From contig NW_024704742.1 in assembly GCF_018977255.1 (NCBI RefSeq), positions 94,614,001 to 94,678,000 on the forward strand: a stretch of 64,000 bases of DNA, read 5' to 3'. Origin of the DNA: Callorhinchus milii. Lineage: Eukaryota. Of the stretch, positions 1-11,182 are shown piece by piece. The position numbers and the translations under genes are program-made. Positions within the stretch are counted from its first letter, which is position 1. The number at the start of each line of letters is the position of its first letter. A model generated the notes under the pieces. That model saw only the letters and a program-made list of their open reading frames with translations, had not been told where the DNA came from and did no database searches.

Positions 1-171
1 TCCAGAAATTAGAACAAAGAGGAGTAATGTGCAAATTGTTCTTTGACCAGTTTTGACTAGTATCAAATAAGTTTGAATTTACCTGATCTGTGTTGTATAT
101 ATGTAGATATAGAACACAGGGCAGGAGGACAGTTGATAGTGTGCCGAAACTGTTTAGTTTTAACAAAATTG

Positions 172-570
172 TGTGTCATTTTGGCTCAGTTGGTAGCAGT
201 CTTGCCTATGAGTCAGAAGGTTGTGCGTTCAAGCTCCACATTGGAGCATTAAACTCAAGTCTCATCAGACACTCCAGTGCAGTGCTTGGGGAGTGCTGCA
301 ATGTTAGAGGTGCTGTCTTTCTGATGAGATGTTAAACCAAGGCCCCATCTCTCTGTTCAGGTGGATGTTCGCGATCCCATGGAACTATTTGAAAAGAGAG
401 TTTCTTTAGTATCCTGGCCAACAGTCCCCAAAATAAAGTTGGTCATTCACACCATGGCTGTTTGTAGGACATTATTCTGCACAACTTGGCTGTTGTGTTC
501 CCCCACAAAATATAGTCACTACACTTTACCGTATATCTGTAAAGAGCCTCCTGACATGAAATTAATGTAA
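172..570 (+). mobile_element. Old tRNA-derived DeuSINE (SacSINE1-like), degenerate
   Basis: A box TGGCTCAGTTGG and B box GTTCAAGC. The body 'gatgagatgttaaacc...gatcccatgg...cctggccaac...gctgtttgt' resembles the recalled Deu-domain. Confidence 0.7.
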
Positions 571-698
571 GGATTTTTAACACTGCTGTAAATTCATAAT
601 TTTCATTTTACTCTTAATGTTACTATTGCTTTAATGGATTTCCAGCAGTCATTAACTTTGCTGTAAATCTTTTGAGTTTCCAGGTTGTGACACCCATT

Positions 699-810
699 TG
701 GAGTCCTGTAGCTCAGTGGTTAGAGCACTCGCCTCGCAAGCGAGAGACTTGGGTTTTATTCCTAGGTAGCAGTAAGTGGAACCTATTATTAGTCGATTGG
801 CAGATTTCAA
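699..810 (+). mobile_element. Fragment of the tRNA-Ala-headed SINE family
   Basis: TGGAGTCCTGTAGCTCAGTGGTTAGAGCACTCGCCTCGCAAGCGAG head, shared with the copies at 14319 and 24657. Confidence 0.8.
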
Positions 811-1648
811 AGTCTATTTGGTTTATCTTTGAATGTCTACCTTTAGAGAACTTTTTAAATTATTTTAGTTGGGAATACTGTATGATTTTTAAAAAATTAT
901 ACTTAAAATGAGACTTTAAGAAAAGAAATTCTAGCAAACCTAGTTTAGAATTGCAGGCCTTAGTGATATTTAAATTATTACCAGGTCTGAGGTGGATGGA
1001 CCAGCTTTTAATAGTACAGTAAACCTCACTTAAGTTGTATCAGTTGGGATCATACATGTAATATGACTTGTACAAATTATGAGTTATGTGAAACTTGCTT
1101 AAGTCGTATCATATATGACTTATGTAAAGTTATGTATAAGTCTGAGTTATTACTAATAGAAGCCTCGATGTCTGACAGGCAATTAGTCAGAACAGCAGGA
1201 GTCAAGGATAGAGAGCGAGTGCCATCCGTGTACATGTGGAAGTGACCCCAATGCCCGTGGGTGATATCACCGTGTGAGTATGTGGTTGGTGAAGAGGAGA
1301 TGCTCAAAGACAGAACCCTGAGGAACACCGCATATGTTCCATCATCTCCTGCTCTTCCCATTTTCCTGCTGAAAGTCCATTTTAAAACAAAGCTACTGGC
1401 TTGTAAGTCTTCATTTTAAATCTAAAATGGGATGTATTATTTGGTGGTCACACTTTTCTAACCATAAACCAGGGTCATTTATGAAACCACTTCCACTCAG
1501 TCCTGCCCGTAATGTAGTGTCTTGTCAGTAGCACATAATACGTTTCTCCCATGCATTTGAAAACCTTTGGTTAAGCCCAGATGATGGACTTGCATCCCAT
1601 CTATTGTATTTTAGTAGCACCTAATGAAACATGATCTCCAATATTAAT

Positions 1649-1852
1649 ATAGAAGTCGCTAGGAACACACAGCAGGTCAGGTAGCATCCATGGAGAAAGG
1701 AAAATTAGTTAACGTTTCAGGTCTATGACCTTTCGTCAAAATGGTAACTCGTTTTCCTTTCTCCATGGATGTTACCTGACCTGCTGCGTGTTCCTAGTGA
1801 CTTCTATGTTTGTACCAGATTTCCATCATTTGCATTACTTTGCCTTTTGTTT
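1649..1852. mobile_element. Palindromic Penelope pseudo-LTR-derived non-autonomous element with a hammerhead-like core
   Basis: ~65-bp inverted arms at 1649-1713 and 1743-1807, with sequence shared with the Penelope end at 44853-44925. Flanked by the 14-bp direct repeat TCTCCAATAT(T/C)AAT at 1635-1648 and 1853-1866. Confidence 0.75.
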
Positions 1853-2039
1853 TCTCCAATATCAATGTTACCCCTGACTTGTGAGACTACTTTAGTAATT
1901 GAAGTGTTTTTCAAAAACCTGGTAAGTAGGGAAAAACTTTTATAATCTTGCAACTGAGAAGCAATTATACTGTTGTATGTCTAAGTGCTTCAGTTCTTTT
2001 TATATAAAGTGCAGTGACTGCATTTGGAGGTGAGTGTAG

Positions 2040-2370
2040 TAGCTAATTTGTGCATAGCCATGTCCTTCAGACATTAATTAATTCCATTCTTTTTTAACTG
2101 GTGGCTTGTTGGGCAGCACACCAGAAGAAACTCCATTTTGTCATATAGTGTCATGAATTCTTTAATGTCCACCTGAACAGGCAGATGGAACCACAGTTTA
2201 AGGTCTCATCCAAAGGATGGCACCGCTGACAGTGCAATGCTCCTCTCAACTGTTGGAGTTCAAAGTTGCAATGTGGGGCTTGAACCCACAACTTCTATAA
2301 TAACTTCTATAATAACAATAATTCCCGACATGAAAGGTGCTATACAAATGTAATTTTGTTGTTGTTGTTC
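2040..2370 (-). mobile_element. DeuSINE-like fragment with an adjacent (TTG)n tail piece
   Basis: Reverse complement of the body and head of the element at 172-570. Confidence 0.6.
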
Positions 2371-4269
2371 TAACTCCAAGGCAAAAGTCCTACCAATTGA
2401 CCCAGCTTGACACCTGATGCCACATAATCCTACATGAAAGAAGCTACATAGGTGCAAGTTATTGAAAGAGCCTTGGCTATGTGAATAATAATGATTGTTG
2501 CATTTGATATAGCGCCTTATCACGTCATTGAGATGTCTCAAAGCCTTTCACAGAATATACTTTACTGATTTGACTGCATATTTTGTGGGCAAAACACGGC
2601 AACTAATTGCGCACAGAAGTGTCCCACAAACAGTTGTGGATGTGTGACCAAAATATTATTTATTTTTGTGGGGGAGGGATTATTATCCCTGGAAAAGCGA
2701 CCCGCTGATCAACTAACAAATGGGTTTCTACTTACTGCTAGGTAAGTATTAATAGATGTGTGGAGTAAATGAACTATTGTGTAGCAACTGGACTGAGATC
2801 AAGAGTATTTTTTTGCAGTTGTAAGGAATGACATTTGATAAAGGTGTCCTAGTTAAGAAATGCACATTGGCCAGAGAGCAAGAGGAGGATCCCTGCTTGA
2901 TATTCCCATTCCTCTCTTAGCTTTGGGATGCTGAGGACAGCTGTAGAATTCTGACTGCCATGCTCGCTGAGAAAGTAAGAAAGGCCCCGCTGGGGTGAAA
3001 GGTTGTTTTCAGACCAGCTTAACGAAGCATGCAGGTCTTCAGTATTGCAAAGGAGACTTGTCATTGTAGACATATCCTCAACTCTTATCAGTTGGGTGTT
3101 CCTGATTGGGGTTGTAGTATGGTAAACAAATACCAGAGTAATAACAATTGAATCTGGGAGCTTTCAGTCTGTGTAGTTCGATTTCATGGACATTGTGGGG
3201 TCGCAAACTGAGCCACCTGGGAACCTGAGCTACAGATCATTACACAGCAGTAATAATAGTCTGAGCGAAATCTAACTCGTACAAATGCTTCATGACCTCT
3301 AGTGTTACACAAGTTATTATGGTCAATGCATTATTCTCTTTGTAGTGCAAAAATAATGGATCACTTTCCTGTCTGCTTTTGTATCCAAACACTATTGTGC
3401 TATAAATGTACACATGATAAACTGTATCCCATTTAGAATGTAATTTCCAATTTTGTGTAGTTGATTTCCAATTGAATTAAATATCTCCCACATAACATGG
3501 GGTGGAGGGGAGAGAGATATTTCGCCTGGGTTTAGATTTACTCTTATTTATTTAGCATTTTAGAGCATCCAGAATTTGGTCAATTCTTAAATGTATCCTT
3601 CATTTTTAAGCCACTTTTTTCTCTACTGTACTCTACTGTACTACTCTACTCTACTGTAAGTTCTGATAAGATCTTCAGAAAACTATCTTGAATATTGAGA
3701 CTAAATTCAACAATTTGCCAAGTTCTGGACATTTTAAAATGCTGCAAACATAAAATAAATCCAAGTGGAATTTCTTTCTAGTAGTTTTCTGCTGATTTTA
3801 ATATTGCAGCTATAAATGCTTTTTGAGGGCTGTCAAACTATTTCAAGTTGTTGAAATAAGCAAAATGAACAAAAAAGTTTTTTTATGACACGTAATCCTA
3901 TACATAAACCTATACTTATACTGTATTTAACTTAAACAAGTTTTAACAAATACATTGACAGTTTTGTGTTCCGGGGCTGCTCTGTCACACTGTGAAAGCG
4001 CAGTGTGTGTTGGTTTAGATCCTCCTGGCCTTGGCAACCCCTAGTGGCCCTGGAGGGGTCATAGTCACCCTGCATATAAAGTCACTGAGATCTTTTCCGT
4101 TGGAGTGATGATGTATCAGGAGTTTACTATAGTTCCAGGATATTTTTAACATTTACCTGAACAGGGACCTTGATTTAGGATCTCATCAGAAGACATTGCA
4201 GTTCTGCTCTAGTCCCCAGAGCTGCTTCATTGCCCGGGATACTCACCCGCACAAAACTGTATCCCCATC

Positions 4270-4662
4270 ACACCAGTCTTTGTCAGGCTCCACTGGTTCC
4301 CAATCACCAAACGGATCGATTTCAAGATCCTCTCACTTGTTTTCAAATCCTTTCATTCCCTCGCACTTCTCTACCTATCTGACCTGTTTACCCCCCACCT
4401 GTTTGTCCCTCTTATCCTCCGTTACACCATTAGCGGCCGTGCCTTCAGCCACTATGCCCCGAAATTCTGGAACTTTCTCAATCTCTCTGCCTTTCCCCCT
4501 TCCTCCCCACCTTCAAATCCCGCCTAAAGACTTTCCTTTTTGATCGTGTTTACAGTCACCTCTTCCTCCCTCTCCCCCTAGCTCGGGGTCAAACTCCAAC
4601 ACTATGAAGCGCTGCGGGATGCTACCCCTCGTGAAGGGTGCTATATAAATGCAAGTTGTTGT
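4270..4662 (+). mobile_element. L2 3' fragment, degenerate
   Basis: 'ctccactggttccc...ttcaagatcctc', ending in gctatataaatgcaagttgttgt. Confidence 0.75.
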
Positions 4663-4921
4663 ACTGCAGTTCAGTATCAGCCTAGATTGACTTGACTGTA
4701 GATTTCAAAACTGGCCATCTTCAAAACTGTGTCTGTTTTTATATTAAAAAAAGGGCAGAATTATTAAAGAGGTAGAATCCTCAAAGATTTTAACAACGTA
4801 CAAAAAAAATCAATTGGTACCATATGCATTTTGCACTATAAACTTGAATGGAATTTGAGATAAACATTTGGCAGCTTGTAACAGTGCATCAACAACCTGC
4901 AGCTGCAGTAAAATGAGCAGA

Positions 4922-4942
4922 CTGCAGTGCCCTCTGGTGTCA
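4922..4942 (-). promoter_or_regulatory. CTCF-like motif
   Basis: The minus strand reads TGACACCAGAGGGCACTGCAG, close to the CTCF core CCACCAG(A/G)GGGC(A/G)C. Confidence 0.45.
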
Positions 4943-4945
4943 TGA

Positions 4946-4959
4946 ATGTCAGTGCCAAG
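4946..4959 (+). CDS. AGTPBP1: Candidate first coding exon of AGTPBP1 (MSVP-R, phase 2)
   Basis: ATG TCA GTG CCA AG|GTAAGT is a consensus donor. Its phase 2 fits the exon at 11731, giving [13 protein letters not shown]. An upstream in-frame ATG at 4913 (MSRLQ, similar to the recalled vertebrate MSKLK) is closed by a TGA at 4943-4945. Confidence 0.5.
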
Positions 4960-5279
4960 GTAAGTACGTACATACAATAACAGCAGCCGCAGCAGCAACT
5001 TGGATTTATATAGCACCCAGCACGCCGGATGGCGTCTCAGAGCGCTTTACTTCTGTCGTGTTGATGTGAAATGGTTTGTTTGAACAATTCTGATTTGTGA
5101 ACTATAATCTGTCCTTCCCTAGATCAACAAATTGGGCCTTTTTTATTATTGAACAAAAAAAGTCTTCCATTTTCTGGAAACACTGGTTGTTTGCTACAGA
5201 ATATTGAACAACTAAAACTAGATACACTAGTCATGTAGAATTCCAAGGAAAAAATCCTTTAGATAATTTGATTTGAGCC

Positions 5280-6040
5280 TCTCAGCTTGAATACTCAGTC
5301 GGTAGCGCTCGCCTCCGAGTCAGAAGGTTGTTGGTTCAAGTTCAACCCCATGCTTTGAACTCACAGTCCAGGATGACACTCTGTGCAGTGCTGCTTGCAC
5401 TGTATCGTCATCAATGCCGTCTTTCAGATGAGACGTTTTTTCAAAAAAAAACTAAGATGGGCGTTATAGATGGCAAAAGAAGGGAGTTAATATTGGTGTC
5501 CTGGATTTCTACCCTTCCCTAGAATAGAAGTATGTGTCAGCCTGGCTTAGTGGCAGCACTCTCGCCTCTTGAGTCACAAGCTTGTGGGTTCAAGCCCCAC
5601 GTTGGAATACATAGTGTAAGTTGACACTCCAATGCCGTGCTGAGGGGGTGCTGTGTTGTTGGCGCTGCTGCCCTTCGGATAAAATATTAAATCTAGGTTC
5701 CGTCTGCCTGTTTGGATGAATGTTAACGATCCCATAGTACAATTCAAAAAGAGAAGGGAGTTTCTTCCAGGTCCTGGCCAACAATACCCCACATAAAATT
5801 CAACATTTTAGCCAAACTGAGAGCGAGTTTCATTGCCGAGAGACTATTTAATAATATAAAATAATAATAATTTGGTTACTTCGATCCACGACTGCTTGTG
5901 GGACACTGCTGAATGCAATCGACCGCTGGGCTCTGACCACAAAATATGCAGTCAATCCACTTTACAGTATGATTTGAAGCTCTTTGAGATGTCTCTACAA
6001 CATAAGGTACTACATTAAATGCAAGTATTATTATCATTAT
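5280..6040 (+). mobile_element. Two tandem DeuSINE-like copies (~5280-5520 partial; ~5535-6040 near complete)
   Basis: Each has a tRNA-like head (gagtca[g/c]aag..tgt.ggttcaag) and a Deu-like body. The second ends in aaatgcaagtattatt. Confidence 0.7.
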
Positions 6041-6877
6041 AATTTTAAATCTGACCTTGATTCACTAGCCAGTAGAAATTCTATTTTTCCATTTATCCTG
6101 TCGTAATTTCAAACCCTTGTTTAACCCCTCTTAACCTGTGTTTGAATTAATACAGCCAGGGTTCTCCTGGTGGCCTGGCCAACAATCCTCCAAATTAATT
6201 GTACTGGGTAGAATCTTCTCCCTTTCAAGCAAGATATTCCTTCAATGTATATGTTGAGGTGGGGGTGGGGTGGAGAAATATGTGCTGTGTGTGAGAGAGA
6301 GTGTATGTATACGTACTATGGATATGTATAAAGGTTCTTGAAGCAAAATATTTTATTTGGTTAAGGCAGAATGCCAAAGAACATCCATACTAGACCATAG
6401 AGCAAACTGAGACCTGCAGTTGATTTATATGGGCCTTTCAGTGAGCAGTTCTTGTTTTACTGCAGATTGGCTTTCTTCCTGGTTCTGAATACCAATCGAT
6501 CCTGGAGCTCAAGGACAATTTAAAATTTGAGGACTGCCATGTGCAACAAGGTCTGGAATGTCCCACTTGGAAACTAAAAAATAATAATAATCTTTGATTT
6601 TGATATAGTGCCTTTTGCATCAGGCGGGTGACTCTAAAATGCTTCACAGCACCTACTACAGTCACTGACATTTTGTAGCCAAACGCAGCAGTCAATTTGT
6701 GGACACAATGTCATACAAAATATAGTACATTTGTGCCTTTGTCCTTCCATTTGCCTCTAAGCTTTCTCAATTAGTTGCTTCATCTATTCTCCTGTGCAGC
6801 TTTTGCCTGCCTCACTGATTAGTTGCTTGTCTGCACTGATGGAATATTTGATTTTTCTCTCTGTTGCTTACATTTAT

Positions 6878-7555
6878 AGGAACATAGGATTAGAAGGAGG
6901 CCATTCAGCCCTTCAGGTCTGTTCCGCCATTTAATTAGATTATGGCTGATCTGTACCTCAACTAATCTTTTAAATTCCAATTTCCCGCTTTCTGCCCATA
7001 TTCTTTAATACCCTGATCTACCAAAAATCTATCCACCTCACTCTTGAAGGTGTGGATGGATCCAGCATCCACAGCCTTTTTGGGGAGAGAATTCCAGATT
7101 TCTACCACCCTTTGAGTGAAAAAATGCTTCCTAATTTCACTCTTAAACGGCCTGGTTCTAATTTTAAGACTATTCCCACTTGTATTGGATTCCCCCACCA
7201 GAGGAAATAGCTTCTCTGTATCTACCCTATCAAATCCCTTTATCATCTTAAACACCTCAATCAAATCACCCCTCAACCTTCTAAACCCAATGGTTTACGC
7301 AGCCTTTCCTCATAACGTAACCCTTTAAGGCTGGTAACATTCTGGTGAAGCTACACTGCAACCCCTCCAGAGCCAATATATCTTTCCTGAGGTGTGGTGC
7401 CCCAAACTGAACGGACTACTCCAGATGGGGTCTGACTAACGCTCTATACAGCTGAAGCATCATTTCTTCCCCTTTGTATTCCTGGTCCCTTGAGATAAAG
7501 ACCAACATTCCATTCACCTTTTTGATTACTTTTTCCACCTGAAAACTAGTTTTTA
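6878..7555 (-). mobile_element. CR1 LINE 3' part (continues at 10551-10750 after an L2 insertion)
   Basis: ORF 6962..7276 (RGDLIEVFKMIKGFDRVD...FFTQRVVEIWNSLP) is a typical CR1 ORF2 C-terminus, followed by a CR1-type 3' UTR. Confidence 0.92.
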
Positions 7556-10550
7556 CAACAACAAGATTCCATTTATAGAGTCCCTTTCACGTCAGGAGGA
7601 TGTTCCAAAGCGCTGGACAGTTGGGTCAGGACCCGAGCAGGGGGGAAATGGTCAGGGTGAGGGGAGGGAAGGGAGGGAGCAAGGAGGGGGGAGAGAGTCG
7701 AGAAGGGAGCTGAAGGCACGGTCAAAGAGAAAGGTCTTGAGACCGGCCTTGAAGGAGGAAAGGGAGGAGGCGCGAAGGCACTGGGGGATGGAATTCCAGA
7801 GCCTCGGGGCTGAGAGGCTGAAGGTCCGGCCACCGATGGTAGGGCGGTTGGGGCGGGCGATGTGGAGCAGACCGGAGCCAGAGGTAGGGGGATAGTAGGT
7901 CGGAGAGGTAGGAGGGAGCGAGGCTGTGAATGGCTTTGTGGGCGAGGATGAGGATCTTGAATTCGATCCTCTGGGGGATGGGAAGCCAGTGGAGGCGAGC
8001 GAGGGTGGGAGTGATGTGGTCGCGAAGCTTGATGCGGGACAGTACACGAGCTGCAGAGTTCTGAATGACCTAAACTTACGACCTAAACCACTCAAGGACA
8101 GGGCCTTGAAGGTTGAGGTGGGAGGACAAGCGGTGGAGGAGGATAGCATGGTCGACCGTATCGAATGCTGCCGATAGGTCGAGGAGGCAGAGGGAGCCCT
8201 GGTCTCAGATGGTCAAGATGTCATTGGTGACCTTGACCAGGGCGGTTTTTGTGCTATGGGCAGCACGGAAACCCAACTGAAGGGATTCGAATAATGAATG
8301 GGTGGAGAGGAAAGAGCGCAGCTGGGAGGCGATAACTCTTTCAAGGTCCTTGGACAGGAAGGGGAGTTTGGAGATGGGCCGGTAGCTTGATAGCTGCGAC
8401 GCATCAAGGGAGGGTTTTTTCAAAGTGGGAGTGATGATGGCAGTTTTTAGTGGAATGGGAACAGAGCCAGAGGAGAGGGACAGGTTGATGATTTCTGTGA
8501 TATGTGAGGCAAGGAGGTGGAGCTGAGAGATGAGGAGTGGGGATGGGGTCAAGGGAGCAGGTGGTGGGTTTCAGGGACAGGATGAGTTTGGTGACAGAGG
8601 GTGGGGAAACGGGTATGAAGGTGTGCAGGGGAGGATGGGTAGGAGTCGAAGTGTGGGAGGGAGGGGGTGGGGGGTTGGGTGGAAGTTGGAGGGGGAGTGA
8701 CCGCGGAGCTGATTCCCTTGATTTTGGATTCAAGGAAATCCAGCATCTCCTCGCAGTGAAAGTTGGAGGAGATGACCTGCGCGGGGTGGCGGGGGGACGG
8801 AGGAGTCGGGATGTGGTAGAAAACAGAAGCCTGGGATTGTTATTCGCCTCCAGGATTATCCTGGAGTAGAAGGACGACTTGGCCGAGGCTAGAGTGGAGC
8901 GGTAGATTTTGAGGAGGTCCAGCCAGATTTGTCGGTGGACCATTAGGCCAGATTTTAGGCAGGTGCGTTCAGCGGCCCGCACCTGGCTCTTCAGTGAGCG
9001 GAGGTGGGTGGTGAACCAGGGGGAGGAGCGAGAGTAGGAGACAGTATGGGATGTGATGGGGGCAAGTGTGTCGAATGTGGAGGAGAGGGTGTTGTGGAGG
9101 AGGGTGAGAGGAGAAGAGGGGTCAGTGAGGGTTGAAGGCCAGAGGGAGAGGAGTTCAGAGGACTCCAAGGCAGCGGTTAGGGATTGTGGGGGTAACTTCT
9201 TCCAGGGGCGGTAGAAGATGGTGGTGGGTCTGGTGGAGGTGGGGAGGGGGTTGGAGGTGGTGAAAGAGATGAAGTGGTGATCGGAGACGGCTTTGTCGGT
9301 AATGGTGACATCCGAGACACTGAGGCCCCGGGTGATCACCAAATCGAGTGGGTGGCCGTGACTGAGTGGCGGTGTTGATGTGGAGGGAGAGGTTGAGCGA
9401 GGAGAACAGGGAAGAGAAGTTCGAGGAGATGGAGCAGGAGGGGGTGAAGTGCAGGTTGAAGTCGCCCAGGATGATGAGGCGATCAGAGCAGAGGCAGAGA
9501 GATGTAAGTAGTGTAGAAATATCGGAGATGAAGGTGGGAGAGGTTTTAGGGGGCCGGTAGAGGAGGAGGATTTTGAGTGAGAGGAAGGAGGGGTGGGAGA
9601 GGGTGAGGTGCTCGAAAGAGGGGAAAGAGCCAGAGGAGTAGGGGGATAGGGCAAGTGGTGTCCTTGAGATAAGGGCTACACCACCGCCACGGCGGTTGGG
9701 GCGAGGGATGTGGTGGGAGGTGTAGCCGGGTGGTGTGGCCTCCGTGAGGGGGAAGGTGTCGCCTGGGGTGAGCCAGGTTTCTGTTAAGGCCATGATATCA
9801 ACGCTCTCATCAAGGATGAGATCGTTGATGACCAACCAGGGCCTTGTTACAGAGGGAGCGGACGTTTTGTAGTCCGATGTGGAGGGAGCGTGTGGGGAGG
9901 GAGGGGGGTCCAGGGTGTGAGGCAGGGTTGGGGGGGATGGGGATGAGGGAGGAGAGGTTGACTCCCCGGGTCTGTGTCTGGGGTGGCTGGCGAGTGTGGT
10001 GGGGAATGGGGCAGTCGGTGTGGCTGCTGCTGGACAGCCAACGCCGAGTGCCACGGTGAGCCCGGCGGAGGATTCCCAGGCTGGAGCAGAGGGAGGTTGT
10101 GGGAGGGTCAAATGGGGATAGAAGGCGAGAGGGACGGAGAGAGAGGAGGACAGAGCAGGAGAGATGCAGAAGGGGGAGGGTTTGGGGGGAGAGAGGAGGA
10201 GGGAGGGGGTGAGGGGGCTCGGGTCAGAGCGGCAGCCATAGTGCGCATGCGGGGACCGGGAGCGAGCGGTCAGGTGGATGGCATTAGCCCATAGGCTGGG
10301 GCTGGGGCAGCCAACCCAACAGGACCATGGTGGGCCCTGATGCGAGCCCCGGGGGGCGCAGAGGTTTGTGTGTTTTTTTTTGTTGCGCGCGCGCACACTC
10401 CTGAAACTAAACTATGACGTCAGCGGTTCCCCCGCTGCGCCCCCACACCGCCCCCTTCCCCCCCTAGCTGAACTCCCTGCCGCCTCGTGCTTTATTACCT
10501 GAGAAGGTAGGCCCAGGCTCCTCCCCGCGCTGTCCTGCCGCCGCTCCCCG
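7556..10550 (-). mobile_element. L2-clade LINE with a long 5' extension; APE and RT frameshifted; internal deletion near 8075
   Basis: APE motifs ALTETWL, RRGGGVAL, LGDFNLH and SDH; RT segment [20 protein letters not shown]; 3' end ataaatggaatcttgttgttgt. Confidence 0.9.
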
Positions 10551-10750
10551 TTTTAGTGATTTGTGGATATGGACACCCAAATCCCTTTGCTCCTCCACAG
10601 TTCTTAATTTCTCCCCATTAAGAAAATATTCTGCTTTATCTTTTTTCGGTCCTTCGTGGATGACCTCATACTTTCTTACATTGAACTCCATCTGCCACAG
10701 CTTTGTCCACTCACTTATAAGACCCTTTGTAACTTCCTACTCCCATCTAT
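10551..10750 (-). mobile_element. CR1 LINE continuation
   Basis: ORF 10464..10691 (MEFNVRKYEVIH...EQRDLGVHIHKSLK) rejoins the CR1 sequence at 7555. Confidence 0.88.
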
Positions 10751-10844
10751 AGTTTTAATGGGTTGGAGAAACAGACACGAAAGTATTCTGCTTCTAATTT
10801 GTGATGTGTTGGATGTATAATCCGTCTTTCACCAATAGATTTTT

Positions 10845-11182
10845 CCTCCTCGGGCGGGCGGCGGGCTCCTCGGGCGGGTGGGCTCCTCGGGCGGGTGGGC
10901 GGGCTCCTCGGGCTCCTCAGGCGGGCGGGCGGGCTCCTCGGGCTCCTCGGGCGGGTGGGCTCCTCGGGCGGGTGGGCGGGCTCCTCGGGCTCCTCAGGCG
11001 GGCGGGCTCCTCGGGCGGGCGGGCGGGCTCCTCGGGCGGGCGGGCGGGCTCCTCGGGCGGGCTCCTCGGGTGGGCTCCTCGGGCTCCTCAGGCGGGCGGG
11101 CGGGCTCCTCGGGCTCCTCGGGCGGGCGGGCGGGCTCCTCGGGCGGGCGGGCTCCTCGGGTGGGCTCCTCGGGCGGGCGGGC
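10845..11182. repeat. GC-rich compound tandem repeat of GGGCTCCTC and GGGC/GGGT units
   Basis: Directly visible; ~340 bp of interleaved units. Confidence 0.95.

Noticed and set aside
3621..3657. Short CTACT/CTGTA-type microsatellite (also the (GAT)n run near 55466)
   Set aside because: Ordinary simple repeats.
8404..10396. ORFs of 413 and 416 aa as host genes
   Set aside because: They are frameshifted pieces of L2 ORF2 read partly out of frame.
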